From positions 12,030,001-12,094,000 of the forward strand of contig NC_058383.1 in assembly GCF_018350175.1 (NCBI RefSeq): DNA of 64,000 nt, in the 5' to 3' direction. Of the stretch, positions 48,546 to 60,896 are shown piece by piece; the first letter of the stretch is position 1; each line of letters starts with the position of its first letter. Origin of the DNA: Felis catus (taxonomy: Eukaryota). Both the position numbers and the translations under genes were made by a program. Under the pieces are notes generated by a model. It was not told the DNA's origin. It saw only the letters and a program-made list of their open reading frames with translations, and searched no databases.

Positions 48546-49810
48546 ATACATATATATTTTTTTTAATTGACGGCTAGGAGCTGGGAAGAGAAAGGGGGTA
48601 ACGTGAAGGATGGTGTCCAATGTCTGCAACATAGCTGGTGAGAGAGAAGAGACACAGAGAAAATGATACCTTGAGCCTCAGACCCGCCTGGCACAGCTCT
48701 TCCAGGTGAGTGGGGGCAAGGTGTGGAGCGGGTTCAAGAGGGACTCTTACGGCTGAACCACCAGAGTTCTAGCAGCTTCTGATCTGTTTCAGAAGGCTCT
48801 CATCAGGCGAGAGCTAAGCATCAATGACACCACAGTACAGGAGGGGCAGTGAGTGGAGACTAACCCCCGGAGCACCTCTGGGAAGATTCTTGCAGTGACC
48901 CACACTCAAATCAAGGTGTAAATGTGGAGGCTGGAGTCCCACGTATGATGTCTATATCATAGAGCTTCTCGGAGGCCATAGTTAACCTCCAAGGGCATTG
49001 ACACCCACAGACCCTCCACGGAGAGTTACGGCCTTGCCAGACTGAGCTGTGGCTTGCCGGGAGTTAAGTAGGTACCATCCCAGCAGGAGCTGTGCACAAA
49101 AGGTGTGGGTTCGCACACCCTGGCCTCGCATCCTCAGCAGCCGAATCAAATGCTCCCGCCTCTACTCTTGGGTGGCCCCTTGCCCTGGATAGGCTTTCCT
49201 CCTCCTCCAACAAGGACATGAGTGCCTTAAAGGCTTAAATGTTTAATTTCAGTAACAAAGTGAAATGCGCAAGGGACCTCTTTCTCCCTATCGAAGACCA
49301 TTAAACTCCGGTTTCAAATTATCTGATGCTAAATAAAGTGTTTTAATTTTCAGCCAGCGTGTATTGGGGGCGAGTCTTGAATTATCCTCTGGGGCCCCTG
49401 GGGCCTCGCGTCCCTCCAGTTTTAGTGTCACGATCCAGTCACCGGCCCAGAGCGGAGGAGGCACGTTGTTATCAAACCGCAGGGATTTCTTGGGTTGGGT
49501 TTGAGGTCACCCTGTATAATTTTTGGCTCTGTCTCCAGAGGAATGGAAAGGCCCGGGCCCTGGGGATCCTATACTTACCTGGACCTGCTTCTTCTCTCCC
49601 GATTTATTTCATCTGATTCATACTCATGGGTGCACCATTAAAGTGCGTTCTACCCCTTAGTAAATGTAGTGACTTCACTTACCATCTGGCCCCGGGGTCT
49701 CTGAGGTGGGTGCACACTCCTTACCCTAGAGCCTACAAGACCTTCCACTGTTGGGCGCTAATAAACTATTAAACATTTTATTTCTTTTATTTTTAGATCA
49801 TCCTTGCTTA

Positions 49811-50023
49811 GGGCGCCTGAGTGGCGCAGTCGGTTAAGCGTCCGACTTCAGCCAGGTCATGATCTCGCGGTCCGTGAGTTCGAGCCCCGCGTCGGGCTCT
49901 GGGCTGATGGCTCAGAGCCTGGAGCCTGTTTCTGATTCTGTGTCTCCCTCTCTCTCTGCCCCTCCCCCGTTCATGCTCTGTCTCTCTCTGTCCCAAAAAT
50001 AAATAAACGTTGAAAAAAAAAAT
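49811..50023 (+). mobile_element. CAN-SINE, young feline type
   Basis: TSD CATCCTTGCTTA on both sides. Confidence 0.97.
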
Positions 50024-50061
50024 TTGGACCATCCTTGCTTAATATATTTCTGTTTTATTTT

Positions 50062-50140
50062 TTAAAAACTTTTTAATGTGTATTTATTTTTGAGAGAGGG
50101 AGAGAGTGAGAGAGCGTGAGTGGGGGATTGGCAGAGAGAG

Positions 50141-50181
<41 letters not shown>

Positions 50182-50308
50182 CAAAAGCAGGCTCCAGGCT
50201 CTGAGCTGTCAGCAAAGAGCCCGACGCGGGGCTCAAACCCACGAACTGTGAGATCATGACCTGAGTCGAAGTCGGACGCTTAACCGGCCTGAACTACCCA
50301 GGCGACCC
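50062..50308 (-). mobile_element. CAN-SINE with internal (CA)n expansion
   Basis: Reverse SINE. The GACACAGAA segment is expanded to a CA microsatellite at 50143-50176. Confidence 0.93.
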
Positions 50309-50333
50309 TATGTTTGTTTTAAAATGTACGTAA

Positions 50334-50545
50334 GGGACACTGTTGGTTGAGGGTCCTACTCTCGATTTCGGCGCAGGTCACGATCTCACGATTCGTGAGT
50401 TTGAGCCCCGGGTCAGCTCTGTGCGGACATTAAGATGCTTGCTTGGGATTCTCTCTCTCTTTCTCGCTGTCCCTCCCCGGCTCATGGTCTCTAGCTTTTT
50501 CTCAAAATGAATTAAAAAAAAAACCTTAACATAAAACACAATAAA
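50334..50545 (+). mobile_element. CAN-SINE (degenerate)
   Basis: SINE body, CT tract and A tail. Confidence 0.85.
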
Positions 50546-51270
50546 ATAAAATAAAGTGTATGTAAGATATGCCCAAATGTTTACAAGGGAGCTCCCCTTC
50601 TAAAAATCCAAAGAGTTTGCAGATTACTGTTATAGCCTAAAAAGCGTGGCCCCGCATCTTTGCCTTCTCTGTTCGCTCCTATAGCCAATCATATTTTTTT
50701 AAGTTTATTTATTTATTTTGATACAGAGAGAGTGCTCTAGAGTGTGAATGGGCAGGAACGCATGAGTGTGTTTGCAGGCTTGTAATCATACTGTGCACAA
50801 CTTTATTTTTCTCAGCGAACACCATTTCCCAAATATTGGATAGCAGGTATTTTGTGAAATCATTAAAATCTCTGTAAATAGGAGGTTTGGTGAGTTTGTA
50901 TACTCTGCCGTATTTTCCTCATTGTCTATTGTTTGACGCAATAGTCTCTATCCAAGTTTTCTCCGCCAAACAGCACCGTGATGAACATCTTTGCACACAT
51001 CATCTGCCACCCATTAGCATAAATCACAAAAGTCTCAGCCATGGTTAGAAAAGAGCCAGTCTTTCATTTCAAATCCTTTAAGTCAAAAAAAGAAAATCTT
51101 CACGTCTTAAAGCTTAGGCTTTGCATAAAACCTATTGAAATAAACTCGATACACAAACAGCCACTTAGGATTTCAATAAAAATACATATGAGAGCTATGT
51201 AGCTAATCTATTTTTCCCCTTCCCCCAACCATTGCTTCAGGTCAGGGGCTTAAGAATAAAATAACCCCAA

Positions 51271-51487
51271 GGGTGCCTGGGTGGCCCAGTCGGTTAAGCG
51301 TCAGACTTCATGCTCAGGGCATGATCTCATGGTTCGTGGGTTCGAGCCCCGCATCGGGCCCTGCGCTGACAGCTCGGAGCCTAGAGCCCGCTTCGGATTC
51401 CGTGTCTCCCTCTCTCTCTGCCCCTTCCCTGCTCGCGCTCTGTCTCTCTCTGTCTCTCAAAAATAAATAAAAATGTAAAAAAAAAAT
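51271..51487 (+). mobile_element. CAN-SINE
   Basis: Full SINE flanked by AAGAATAAAAT. Confidence 0.96.
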
Positions 51488-53603
51488 TCTTTTAAAGAAT
51501 AAAATCACCACACAGGGACTGAGGTTCCAAATTCAGCCTCGTGTGTAACTCTCCATTGTCCTAACGTACCTATCACAATCAAGGAGAAGCCTCCTTCTTC
51601 GTACCAGTAAGAATGGCTGTTTCCTCCTGACTTCGTACGTGACGTCCCCTTACTCACACAGACTTGGAATTGCCTCTTTACCGGGGTTCTTGGTCCCAGC
51701 AGACACCAACGCTGGATGGCTTCAGCAGGAAGGGGAATGACTTGGGGCATCAAGCTGGGAAGACAGGAGGTGAGAACACGGCATGACCCAGTGGTCTGAT
51801 TAGAGCAAGTTGGGTCTCCAATGCTGGACACCCATCCCCGTAGCTTTCCTCTGGCCAGCACCTGGAGAATTCTGTCATTTTCCTGTGTATGTGTCTACAT
51901 CACGCCTTCAAGACTTAAACCAGTGGGGTGTATCATCTGACTGTCGTAGCTTCGGGTACAGCCCACAGCCTACCTTCTGGAAACTGGGGCGAGGGACTAT
52001 CTATCGCCTTGCATTTTCAGAACCTGAAAGGAAGAACTTTGCCAACGAATGACCAGAGGTATAGCAGGGGCCACGGTCTTGTTCATATGACACCTCCATA
52101 GCGTTTATCGTTCTTCCTCTTACCGCGGATCCATTACAAACGGATGTGCCGCCTAATCACTGGAACTAGGTCTCACGTATTCCACATACGTCCACGTCTG
52201 CACCGTATACCTGCCAACGGCGGGGAGCCAAAGTCTTGCTAGTTACATCATCCAGCTTCGTTATGGAAGATCCGAAGTCAAGTTGCCCTTTACAGGCAAA
52301 ATCATCGCTGTCAGTCACTGTAACACCCAGAACTTTCATCACTTTTGGAGAACAAGTGGAGCTGGAAACTTGTAATTTTCTTCTCTGTGGGTGGATCTAA
52401 AGCCTCGTTCCTAAGACACCGGAGAGTCCTAGGTTATCCTGCCCACGTGGAGATGCAGGAGACAGTAGGTGTATGAAGAACACACAACGTTTTATCCCTG
52501 CTTCTCCCTGCCCCCAGCAACAACCCGATTGTTCTCGGGGAACTGGGTTCCGTCACCTTATTATGGCAAAGAACTGTCTCCCAGATAGTGTCATAAATGA
52601 ATCTTTGAGAGGCTACTCCACTGTTCCATACGACTTGCTACTTTGGAGTGCACGCTAAGACCGAAGAACGCCACTGGTATAACCCATTATCATGCGTCTA
52701 TCACTGCGGACCACATGTTGATTGAGCCGCCGTGTCAGTGTAGATGACATTGAGGGGGCCCGCACATGCAAAAGCACACTTGCAAAAGCACAGAAGACAA
52801 GGGGGGAAAATAATCCAAAATAAGGGTCTCCTCAGAGATTGTATCCCACTCTGGGATGAATTAAAGTCTAATGAGATCACTAGACCCGCATGTTATTGGC
52901 TGCTGTCCATCGCTAGGTATATTGGTATACCGGGACTCAGTGTTGGTTGCTGACTAATGAGAAGCGAGGTCAGATCAGAAGAGGTTAAATCCAAGTTCCT
53001 AATGAACATATACCTGTATTGCTGCCTCTGTAAACATTCAGTTCCTGAACTCATTAAGCAAGCACCTTGACTGGCATATTCCTAATTACAGCGAGATTTT
53101 CAGTAAAGACCTTTTGTGGGCTTTCACCGGGGTACCAATATTTTTTACATTCTGGGCCCATTCCGGGAAATCCATTGGCACGACTTCCCCTAAACTCCTA
53201 GACATAAATATTCTAGTCTTGCCCTCATCGGGTCCTAAATCTCCTTGACAAATCATTTTCCAGATTGGATGGTAAGAAATACTGCCCAATGCTTTAGTCT
53301 CTGGGGAGATTTCTTTTCACCACGGGAAGGGGTAGGAGGACGCATAGAGTGAGGCACCGTTCAGGGTCCTAGGAATCTGTGAGGCCACTGAAGTTCATCT
53401 CTGTGGGGACAGCTCCAGACAAGCAAATGGCTAAAGCCATATGATATTAAGAGGATCTAAAGAGGCGACCCAGATAAAGGTGGTTCTCAGCTCTGAAAGT
53501 CATGGTTTTCTCCTAGAACTCTAAGGGTCTGTGACAAAACTTCCCTTCGGGGACTTTCCAGAAGCTTCTTGCATGATCCTTATTTAAAAAAAAAAAAAAA
53601 AAC

Positions 53604-53797
53604 TTTTTTCAATGTTTATTTATTTTTGAGAGACAAAGCATGAGCAGGGGAGGGGCAGAGAGAGGGGGAGACACAGAATCCGAAGCAGGCTCTGAGCCAT
53701 CAGCACAGAGCCTGACGCGGGGCTCAAACTCATGAACGGTGAGATCATGACCTGAGCTGAAGTCAGACACTTAACCGACTGAGCCACCCAGGCGCCC
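53604..53797 (-). mobile_element. CAN-SINE inside ERV-L
   Basis: TSD TGATCCTTATTTA on both sides. Confidence 0.95.
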
Positions 53798-54854
53798 TGC
53801 GTGATCCTTATTTATCCAAGGACCATCAGAATGGTCCAGGGGCACGTCAGGTTGAACTCCAAACGCGACCTTCTCTTGTTCTGCGTCCACTCAAAACTGG
53901 CAATGTGTTAGGTCCCAAAATAAATGGGTTGGAGCACTATTTACAATATGGCATATGCTGCCTCTAAACTCCAGAGGCCCACCAAACCTTTTTCTTAGTG
54001 ATGTCTCTTTCTTTTTGTCTCTTTCTTAGTGATAAGTACAAGGTACAGCGGCTTGTCTCTTATCTTAGAAGAAAGCTGCACTTCGACACTTATATCATTT
54101 CATCTTCACGGGTATTATGTCCTCATTGGGCATGCATATGCTTGTCAGAATATTCTAGTGCTTGCCACTAACCACTAACCCGGTTAATATGGATTGATGT
54201 CAAAAGTATCGCGGGCCAGGGTAATCTCTTACGGAATCTCAAGATGATCCACATCCCTAGCTTGCACTCTGACGGGAAACGGGCAGGTTTTTGCGGCCCC
54301 AAGATCCACGGAGAGGGGGTAATGCTGTCTTTGCTATGCAAATACTTACCACTTTTGAGTCTCGGACTAATGAGTCCCAAGCAGACAGCATTCACTGAAC
54401 TGACCGCCACACACCAAGGTCCAGAGCCTGTGTTGATTGCCCGGTAAATGTAACACATTTGGCACAACAGCTGTATTCGGGGTTGTCACCTTGTGAAGTT
54501 TATAGAGTTCATTGTCATTTGGAAAGACCCGCCTGGTGTTTGCAGAGACCAGAAGGGCTCATTGAAAGGAGATGGGGTAAGAATGGCCACCCTGGCATCA
54601 TTCAAGCATTTGATATCGGCGCTGGGAATGACCAGTTCTGAGTAAGTCCCAGAGGCTCCGTTTGGCTTTTCTTAACATCACGAGCCGTGATCGTTACAGT
54701 GAAAAGATAAAATTGAGAAATCTCCCAGTTGCTAAACACATCAGTTGCAGTTATACGTTGGGAAACGGATGAAATAACCACGTGTAGATCTGAGGGCCTA
54801 ATGAAAGCAATTTGATTTGGGCCCAAACCTCACTGCTCTCAATAAGCTCTTTCT

Positions 54855-55745
54855 AAAAGTTTTTATTGAAACTCCGTTTAACATACAATGTAATAGTCGT
54901 TTCGGGCATACAACAGGGTGATTCAAGACTTCCAAACAGCACCCAGTGCTCATAGTGACAGGTGCCCTCCTTAATCCCCATCCCCTATCTCGCCCCATCC
55001 CCCACCCATCTCCCCTCCGGGAGCCATCAGTTTGCTCCCTGTAGTTAAGAGTCTGTTTCTTGGTGTTCCTCTCTCTGTCTCTCTTTTCCCCCGGCTATGG
55101 TCGCTTGTTTTGTTTCTTAAACTCCACGCATGAGTGAAATCAAACGGTATGTGTCTTTCTCTGCCTAACTTATTTTACTTAACATCATATTCTCTAGTTC
55201 CATCCATGTCATTGCAAATGGCGAGATCTCATCCTCTTTATGGCTGAGTAATATTCCATTGTGTGTGTGTAGACATATGTTTATGTATATACATTTGTAT
55301 TTATATTTATATGTTATAAGTACATACATCACCACATCTTCTTTTTTTTTTTTTCAACGTTTATTTATTTTTGGGACAGAGAGAGACAGAGCATGAACGG
55401 GGGAGGGGCAGAAAGAGAGGGAGACACAGAATCAGAAACAGGCTCCAGGCTCTGAGCCATCAGCCCAGAGCCCGACGCGGGGCTCAAACTCATGGACCGC
55501 GAGATCGTGACCTGGCTGAAGTTGGATGCTTAACCGACTGCGCCACCCAGGCGCCTCCATCACCACATCTTCTTGATCCATTGATCAGCACTGATGGGCA
55601 CTTGGTCCATTGATGGGCACTTGGTCTCCTGCCATAATTTGGCTATGGTTGATAATGCTGCTATAAACATCGTATCCCTTTGTTTTAGCATTTGTGTATA
55701 CTTTGAGTAAACACCTAGGTGCAATTGATGGATTGTAGGCTAGTT
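54855..55745 (-). mobile_element. Carnivore L1 3' end inserted in ERV-L
   Basis: CACCCAGTGCTCAT...CCATCAGTTTG...GTTAAGAGTCTGTTTCTTGG...TTCCATCCATGTCATTGCAAATGGC. Confidence 0.92.
55342..55557 (-). mobile_element. CAN-SINE, young feline type, inside L1
   Basis: 17-bp TSD CATCACCACATCTTCTT at 55327-55343 and 55558-55574. Confidence 0.97.
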
Positions 55746-55747
55746 GA

Positions 55748-55974
55748 TTTTTTTCTTAATTTTTTTTACATTTATTTATTTGTTTTTGAGAGACAGAGAG
55801 AGAGACAGAGCACAAGCGGGGGATGGGCAGAGAGAGAAGGAGACACAGAATCTGAAGCCGGCTCCAGGCTCCAAGCTGTCAGCACAGAGCCCGACACGGG
55901 GCTCGAACTCACGGACCGCGAGATCATGACCTGAGCCGCAAGTCGGATGCTCGACTGAGCCACCCAGGCGCCCC
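55748..55974 (-). mobile_element. CAN-SINE
   Basis: Reverse SINE with imperfect TSD TAGG.TAG.TGATTTT. Confidence 0.94.
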
Positions 55975-56087
55975 TAGGGTAGGTGATTTTTAGCCTAAGC
56001 TCTGACTCTAACTATGGAACAAGGTTGGCTTTATCAGATTCCCTGGAATCAATTTCACTTTGTGTCCAATAGACCTCAAAAATTCTC

Positions 56088-56122
56088 ATCACTTCTCGGC
56101 CTTTTGGCTAAGATCAAGTGTA
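56088..56122 (+). pseudogene. RNU2: 3'-truncated U2 snRNA retropseudogene (nt 1-35)
   Basis: ATCACTTCTCGGCCTTTTGGCTAAGATCAAGTGTA matches U2 nt 1-35 (ATCGCTTCTC...) with one mismatch. Flanked by AAAAATTCT at 56078-56086 and 56122-56130. Confidence 0.93.
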
Positions 56123-56570
56123 AAAATTCTTGGCATCCTCCTTTTCCTAGGGTTCAGTCACCCTGACAAAAAGATAAAGCTTCATTTTAGGAAGGATTTG
56201 AGGAAATCTCTCTCTCTCCCTCTCTCTCTCTCTCCTCTATCCATTTATGTTTAGCGATATTGCAGATCCTTCTCTTACGGGGACCCAGCTTCCCCCTTAG
56301 GAACATCACCATTAACCATCATGAAAGATACCTACAGAAAATGTCACCTTAATTGCTGCTTTAGCCTCCCTGCCCATCACGGCAATTATATCATCCTCAG
56401 ATGCCAACTCTTTCCACCTTCCCACAATCCCATCATCCCTGTTCATGCTGAGAAGTCCTGTTTCCCTACCGTCCACCCTGGCCTCCAGGGAGCACTCACT
56501 ATGAAGCATCTCAAAGATATTAGAACCCCCTGCCCATGACTTTTCTTTTACTGCCTTCATGAGTTAAAAG

Positions 56571-58500
56571 TTTTAGTCTTCTGCTTTTATCGGTCTTAAC
56601 TGATCAAGAAGAAATTGTAGAGCATAGATTCAGATTAATGATTCAAACCTGAAGTAAGATTACGCCAATGTAATCGCCACTGATGACCCTATGGGGAGGA
56701 AGAAAAGTGCTTCTGATGTTCTTACTGAGACAGAGGCAAAAAAAAATTTGCCAGACCAGGGACCAATCCACTAAGAAAATGATATCGGGGCCAGCAGCCC
56801 CAATCGGAATGACCATCTGATTTGATATACAATGATCCATCCCAAACTCTGAAACCTGGCCACCGCTGACATATACCAAACATCTACCATTCCGTGTTAC
56901 TGATAGCAATGCCATTCTTTGGGGTTTTTCAGAAATGATTTGCTCTTTGGTTAAATGAGAGGAACTCCAAGGACATCTGTACGGCCCGTTCTTCCAAGTG
57001 CACAAGATAATTATTCCAACCCATAAGAACTGGAAAAACCAACTTCAGGAAAGTTTTAGGAGCCCACCGGGCACTTGTGAGGTGGGTTTGGGTTCACACC
57101 CCACTCTAACTGCTCAACGACAATGACATTCTAGGTCCCCAGAATTAGCACTAACTCAGAGCCACTGTTTAATCATACCCAGAAAGCCAGTACCTTTATG
57201 CCTGTAAATGGTTGCAAGTCCCTTTGTGAAAGGCTATGTCTCTTTCTCTGGCTTTTGATACTATTAGGGAGATGGTTGGAAGCCCTATGATAAACCCACT
57301 GCAAAATCCCTCTGCCCTGAAGACCTTTATGTTATATCAAGTAGTTTCTCATATCTGAACCTCGCTCAGCCTCCGTTTCAGTCTACCAGCAACAAGAACA
57401 TAAAATTAGAAGGAAAACTCGTTTCGGAGTAGCACATTGCATCCAGAATCTCTGACGAGTTTACTCATGTCAGTAAACTCAGATGGCTCTAATATTGTGG
57501 GCGACGGTCCTAGGTCAAGCTTGCTTAAGTTCTACTGGCACATACTTCACCCAACTTCCTTTCCTCTTATAAAATAGCAAGTTCCTGTCGTTCTTTCATT
57601 AGACCCCCATTCTCATAGTACCTTTGGGCACGGCGGGATCTGACGCTAGTTCTGGAAACTGAGAGTTTGAAGGAATTACAAAGTCATCGATAAAGGATAA
57701 ACAACCTCTTCAAACACTGGGGGAAGACCATCTCAGTAAGAACTGAGAGTTCTCAGTAAGAACATCAGAAGAGCTTTTCTTCCTCTTTGGCTGGTGGGGG
57801 ACACGGAGGGTGGGTTTGGAGTTTGCATATCCCCGGAGTCCTCTGAATCTTCCCAGACACCTGTTCTAGCTTTTGGCATGTCAGTCTTTCTCGATCAATG
57901 CCTGAACCTTCATATAAAACACCTACCGAGACATTGATTCAACTGTCACTGACCTTCAGTAACCAAAGAATTAATCTCTTTATGTAATTTCTGGCTACCT
58001 CAGATCTATAGCTGCAGAAATTTAGAGTTTCACTATGTTGTTGTTGTTGTTTCTGCTTTTTCTTTAAACCAGCCATTAGGGAGTCTTTGTTTATCATGCC
58101 CTGAGCCAAGGATTCGGGGACTTGAGTTTGTCATTCTCTATTGTTAGAAGCGGCCCTCCTGCCCCCGAAAACATGGGATTTCTCGGATTCCTCACGCTGG
58201 TCCATCCCATTGGTCGCTTAGTTGTCCAAAGATCCTAGGTCAGGTAAACCCAAGCAATCATTGTATCTTGCCATTGTGTATCGCAGAAAGCTACGTTCTG
58301 ATTCCTGACCACTAATTAATATCATTCCGGACTAGAAGGACTTCACCTTCTAGCCACATAAACTAACACAATTCCAGGATCAGTTGGGTAACTCTGACAT
58401 GTTATTCCTTCAGAACGAGACAGAACATGGACCGGGCTAGACAGCTGGGTAGAAAAGAGATCTTTTGCTAAAAACTGAGTCTTTAGGTGAGGAATTTCTA
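56571..58500 (-). mobile_element. Ancient ERV-L internal region A (gag, protease, RT N-terminus)
   Basis: Protease LNSGSELVLI..GDLECHC..VRVG (57172-57100; cf. LDTGSELTLIPGDPKRHCGPPVRVG). RT NQMVIPIGAAGPDII (56822-56778; cf. NQVVTPIAAAVPDVV). Gag-end CAGTTTCCAGAACT near 57650. Right boundary uncertain. Confidence 0.75.
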
Positions 58501-59747
58501 CTCTAGAAGTTTAGTTGCCACGCGGGCTTGATATGGAACACCACACTTTGGTTATTTCGAGTACACATGGAAGATACCAAAAAAAGAAGAGAAGACTTTC
58601 ACTCTGAGCTCTACACTCAGGAAAAGGAAACACGCGTTGGCCTCATTAAGGATCCCTATATTAATTCACCTTCTCCCAAAGAAAATCTTCCGCTCGCCAG
58701 AAATGCGGCATTTCTTCCCTTCGAAACGGCGCAGAAAATTTCCAAGCAGACTTTCTTCACATAAAATGCTGGTTGGAAAGGATCTGTGTTAGCACGGCCA
58801 CCACTCAACATTTTCACCCAGTACGAAAACGGATTGAGTTTCCCCTCCCTGGAAGAGAGGACAGGAGTCACAGGTTTGGAATCCCATCAAGGAGAGAACA
58901 GAATGTGCTCGACTGGGGAACACGTTCCCCCACCCACTTTTCCAAGTCAGCACAGCAGCACCGAGAAGACAGGAAAATATCAGGTATGCTTAATGGTAGC
59001 TGAAGTGCAGCCAAATAGCACACTTCCCCGTGCACTCTCGCATGCTGGCGCTCTGAAAGATGCAATTTCTCCATTTCCAGAACGCCACAATTTTTTAGCT
59101 GCACAGCATCCTTCCAATAAAACACTGGTATTTTAGTCATCTCTTCCTGGAGTACCATACTTTTATTTTTGTAGGCGTCTCTAAATCACATCAATTCACA
59201 AAAGACCAATTTCTTGCTGCTGTAATCAAATCAGATGTTGCATGCACACACACACACACACACACACCCCATGGGTGTTTTCCTTTTTTTTTTTTTTTTT
59301 TTTTTTTGCTAGTTAGTCGTAGATGAGAAATTTGTAATCTGAGTCACAAAGCTCCCTTAGGCAGAGACCAGGGCTAATGAATGCAGGGTAGGAACCCAGT
59401 GCCCATTGTCCTCTCCAGGCACCCGTTGCCTCCCTGGCACCCCCACTTCCCAGCTTACTGCTCACATTGTGGCTTCTCTGGGGACCTGTTACAGGAGCCC
59501 TTTTAAATCTCATCTTTGTAAGGATTGCTTGCCATCGTTTACACAGATGTGAGGGTCCTGATATCATCAACATGAGTCTATTTTAATAGGACTATCTCGT
59601 ATCGTTCATGTAAAATCTTAGGACTGAAGGGATCTCAGGGATTTTGTAGTTCATGTTACATATGGGGAAACTGAGGCAACAATAACCTAAGTCAGTACAT
59701 ACAGAACCCAGTACATACTGAGTGTGTGCTCTTTCCTCTGCTTGGGA

Positions 59748-60845
59748 GTAAGCAAAATTTTTCTTTAAAGGGCCAGATAGCAAACGCACACACACACACA
59801 CACACACACACATATTTACTTATTTATATATATATATAAATTTATATTTATATATGTTGATATAATATATTTATAAATATAATATAAATACTATATTATA
59901 TACAAATATTATATTTACTATAAATACTATATAATTATAAGTAATATATTTATATATAAGATATATAATTAATATAAGTAATAAATTTATATAATATAAT
60001 AAATATTACATATAATAATATATAATATCATAAATATACAATAAATAAATAATAATAAATAAAAATAAATAAATACAAAATAAAAATAAAAATAAATAAT
60101 ATAATAAATATAATATAAGTAATATATTTATATATAAAATATATAATTTATATAAGTAATATATTTATATAATATAATAAATATTATATATAATAATATA
60201 TAATATCATAAATATACAATAAATAAATAATAATAAATAAAAATAAATAAATAATAAAAATAAAAAATAAAAAATAATAATATAATAAATATAATATAAG
60301 TAATATATTTATATATAAAATATATAATTTATATATAAATATATAATAATATTAATATATAATATATATAATATATATAATTATATATTTTATATATAAA
60401 TATATTACTTATAATTATATAGTATTTATATAATACTCTAGTAATTATATAATATATAATTATATATTATATAATTATATAATATATAATTATATAATTA
60501 TAGTAATTATATAATATATAAGTATATTTTACATAAATATATTACTTATAATGATATAGTGTTTATAGTAAATATAATATTTGTATATAATATAGTATTT
60601 CTATTATATATTTATATAATTATATATATAATATATATAAATTTATATAATTTATATAATATAAATATATTACTTATATTTAAATATATTATAAATATCT
60701 ATTTATATTTATATTATATTTATATATAAATATGTGTGTTTAAATAATTATAAAGCCTTAGAAACAGAAACTATTCTTAGTTTTAGGACCTTACAGAATT
60801 GGACAGCCAGCTGGATTTGGTTCAGGGACTATAGTTTGCCACATT
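59748..60845 (+). mobile_element. MER58-like hAT DNA transposon split by AT-rich expansion
   Basis: 5' end GCAAAATTTTTCTTTAAAGGGCCAGATAGCAAA. 3' end ATTCTTAG...GCTGGATTTGGTTCAGGGACTATAGTTTGCC. Confidence 0.75.
59812..60735. repeat. ~0.9-kb almost pure A/T block with ~180-bp tandem units and long inverted repeats
   Basis: ATAAGTAATATATTTATATATAA at 59937, 60115 and 60296. Perfect 35-bp inverted arms at 60295-60329 and 60379-60413. Confidence 0.93.
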
Positions 60846-60896
60846 TTATTCTCTTTCATAATACTAACATCTGTCATCAAAAACAAGGGGAGTGTA

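Larger units (their letters stand above)
52040..56570 (-). mobile_element. Ancient ERV-L internal region B (gag C-terminus, protease, RT, connection/RNase H, integrase, dUTPase; all disabled)
   Basis: Minus-strand translations in ERV-L order: gag RPGWTVG (56484-56464); protease GLLDT (56075-56061); RT SADIKCLNDARVAILTPSPFNEPFWSLQTPGGSFQMTMN and INTGSGPW (54626-54400); RDVDHLEIP*EITLARDTFDI (YIDD position, ~54200); FWKVPEGKFCHRPLEF (~53560); MDFPEWAQNVK..VKAHKR (~53150); integrase HSKVASRMEQWSSLSKIHL*HYLGD (~52600); dUTPase-like GVTV (~52320). Confidence 0.88.

Noticed and set aside
512..55613. Recurrent MGQRETEHERGRGRERGRHRIGNRLQALSHQPRARRG... and MAQSVKRPT... peptides suggesting a gene family
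   Set aside because: They are translations of CAN-SINE copies.
52040..58500. Functional or domesticated retroviral pol gene
   Set aside because: Many stops and frameshifts, catalytic YIDD decayed to DTFD, and interrupted by L1, SINE and U2 insertions.
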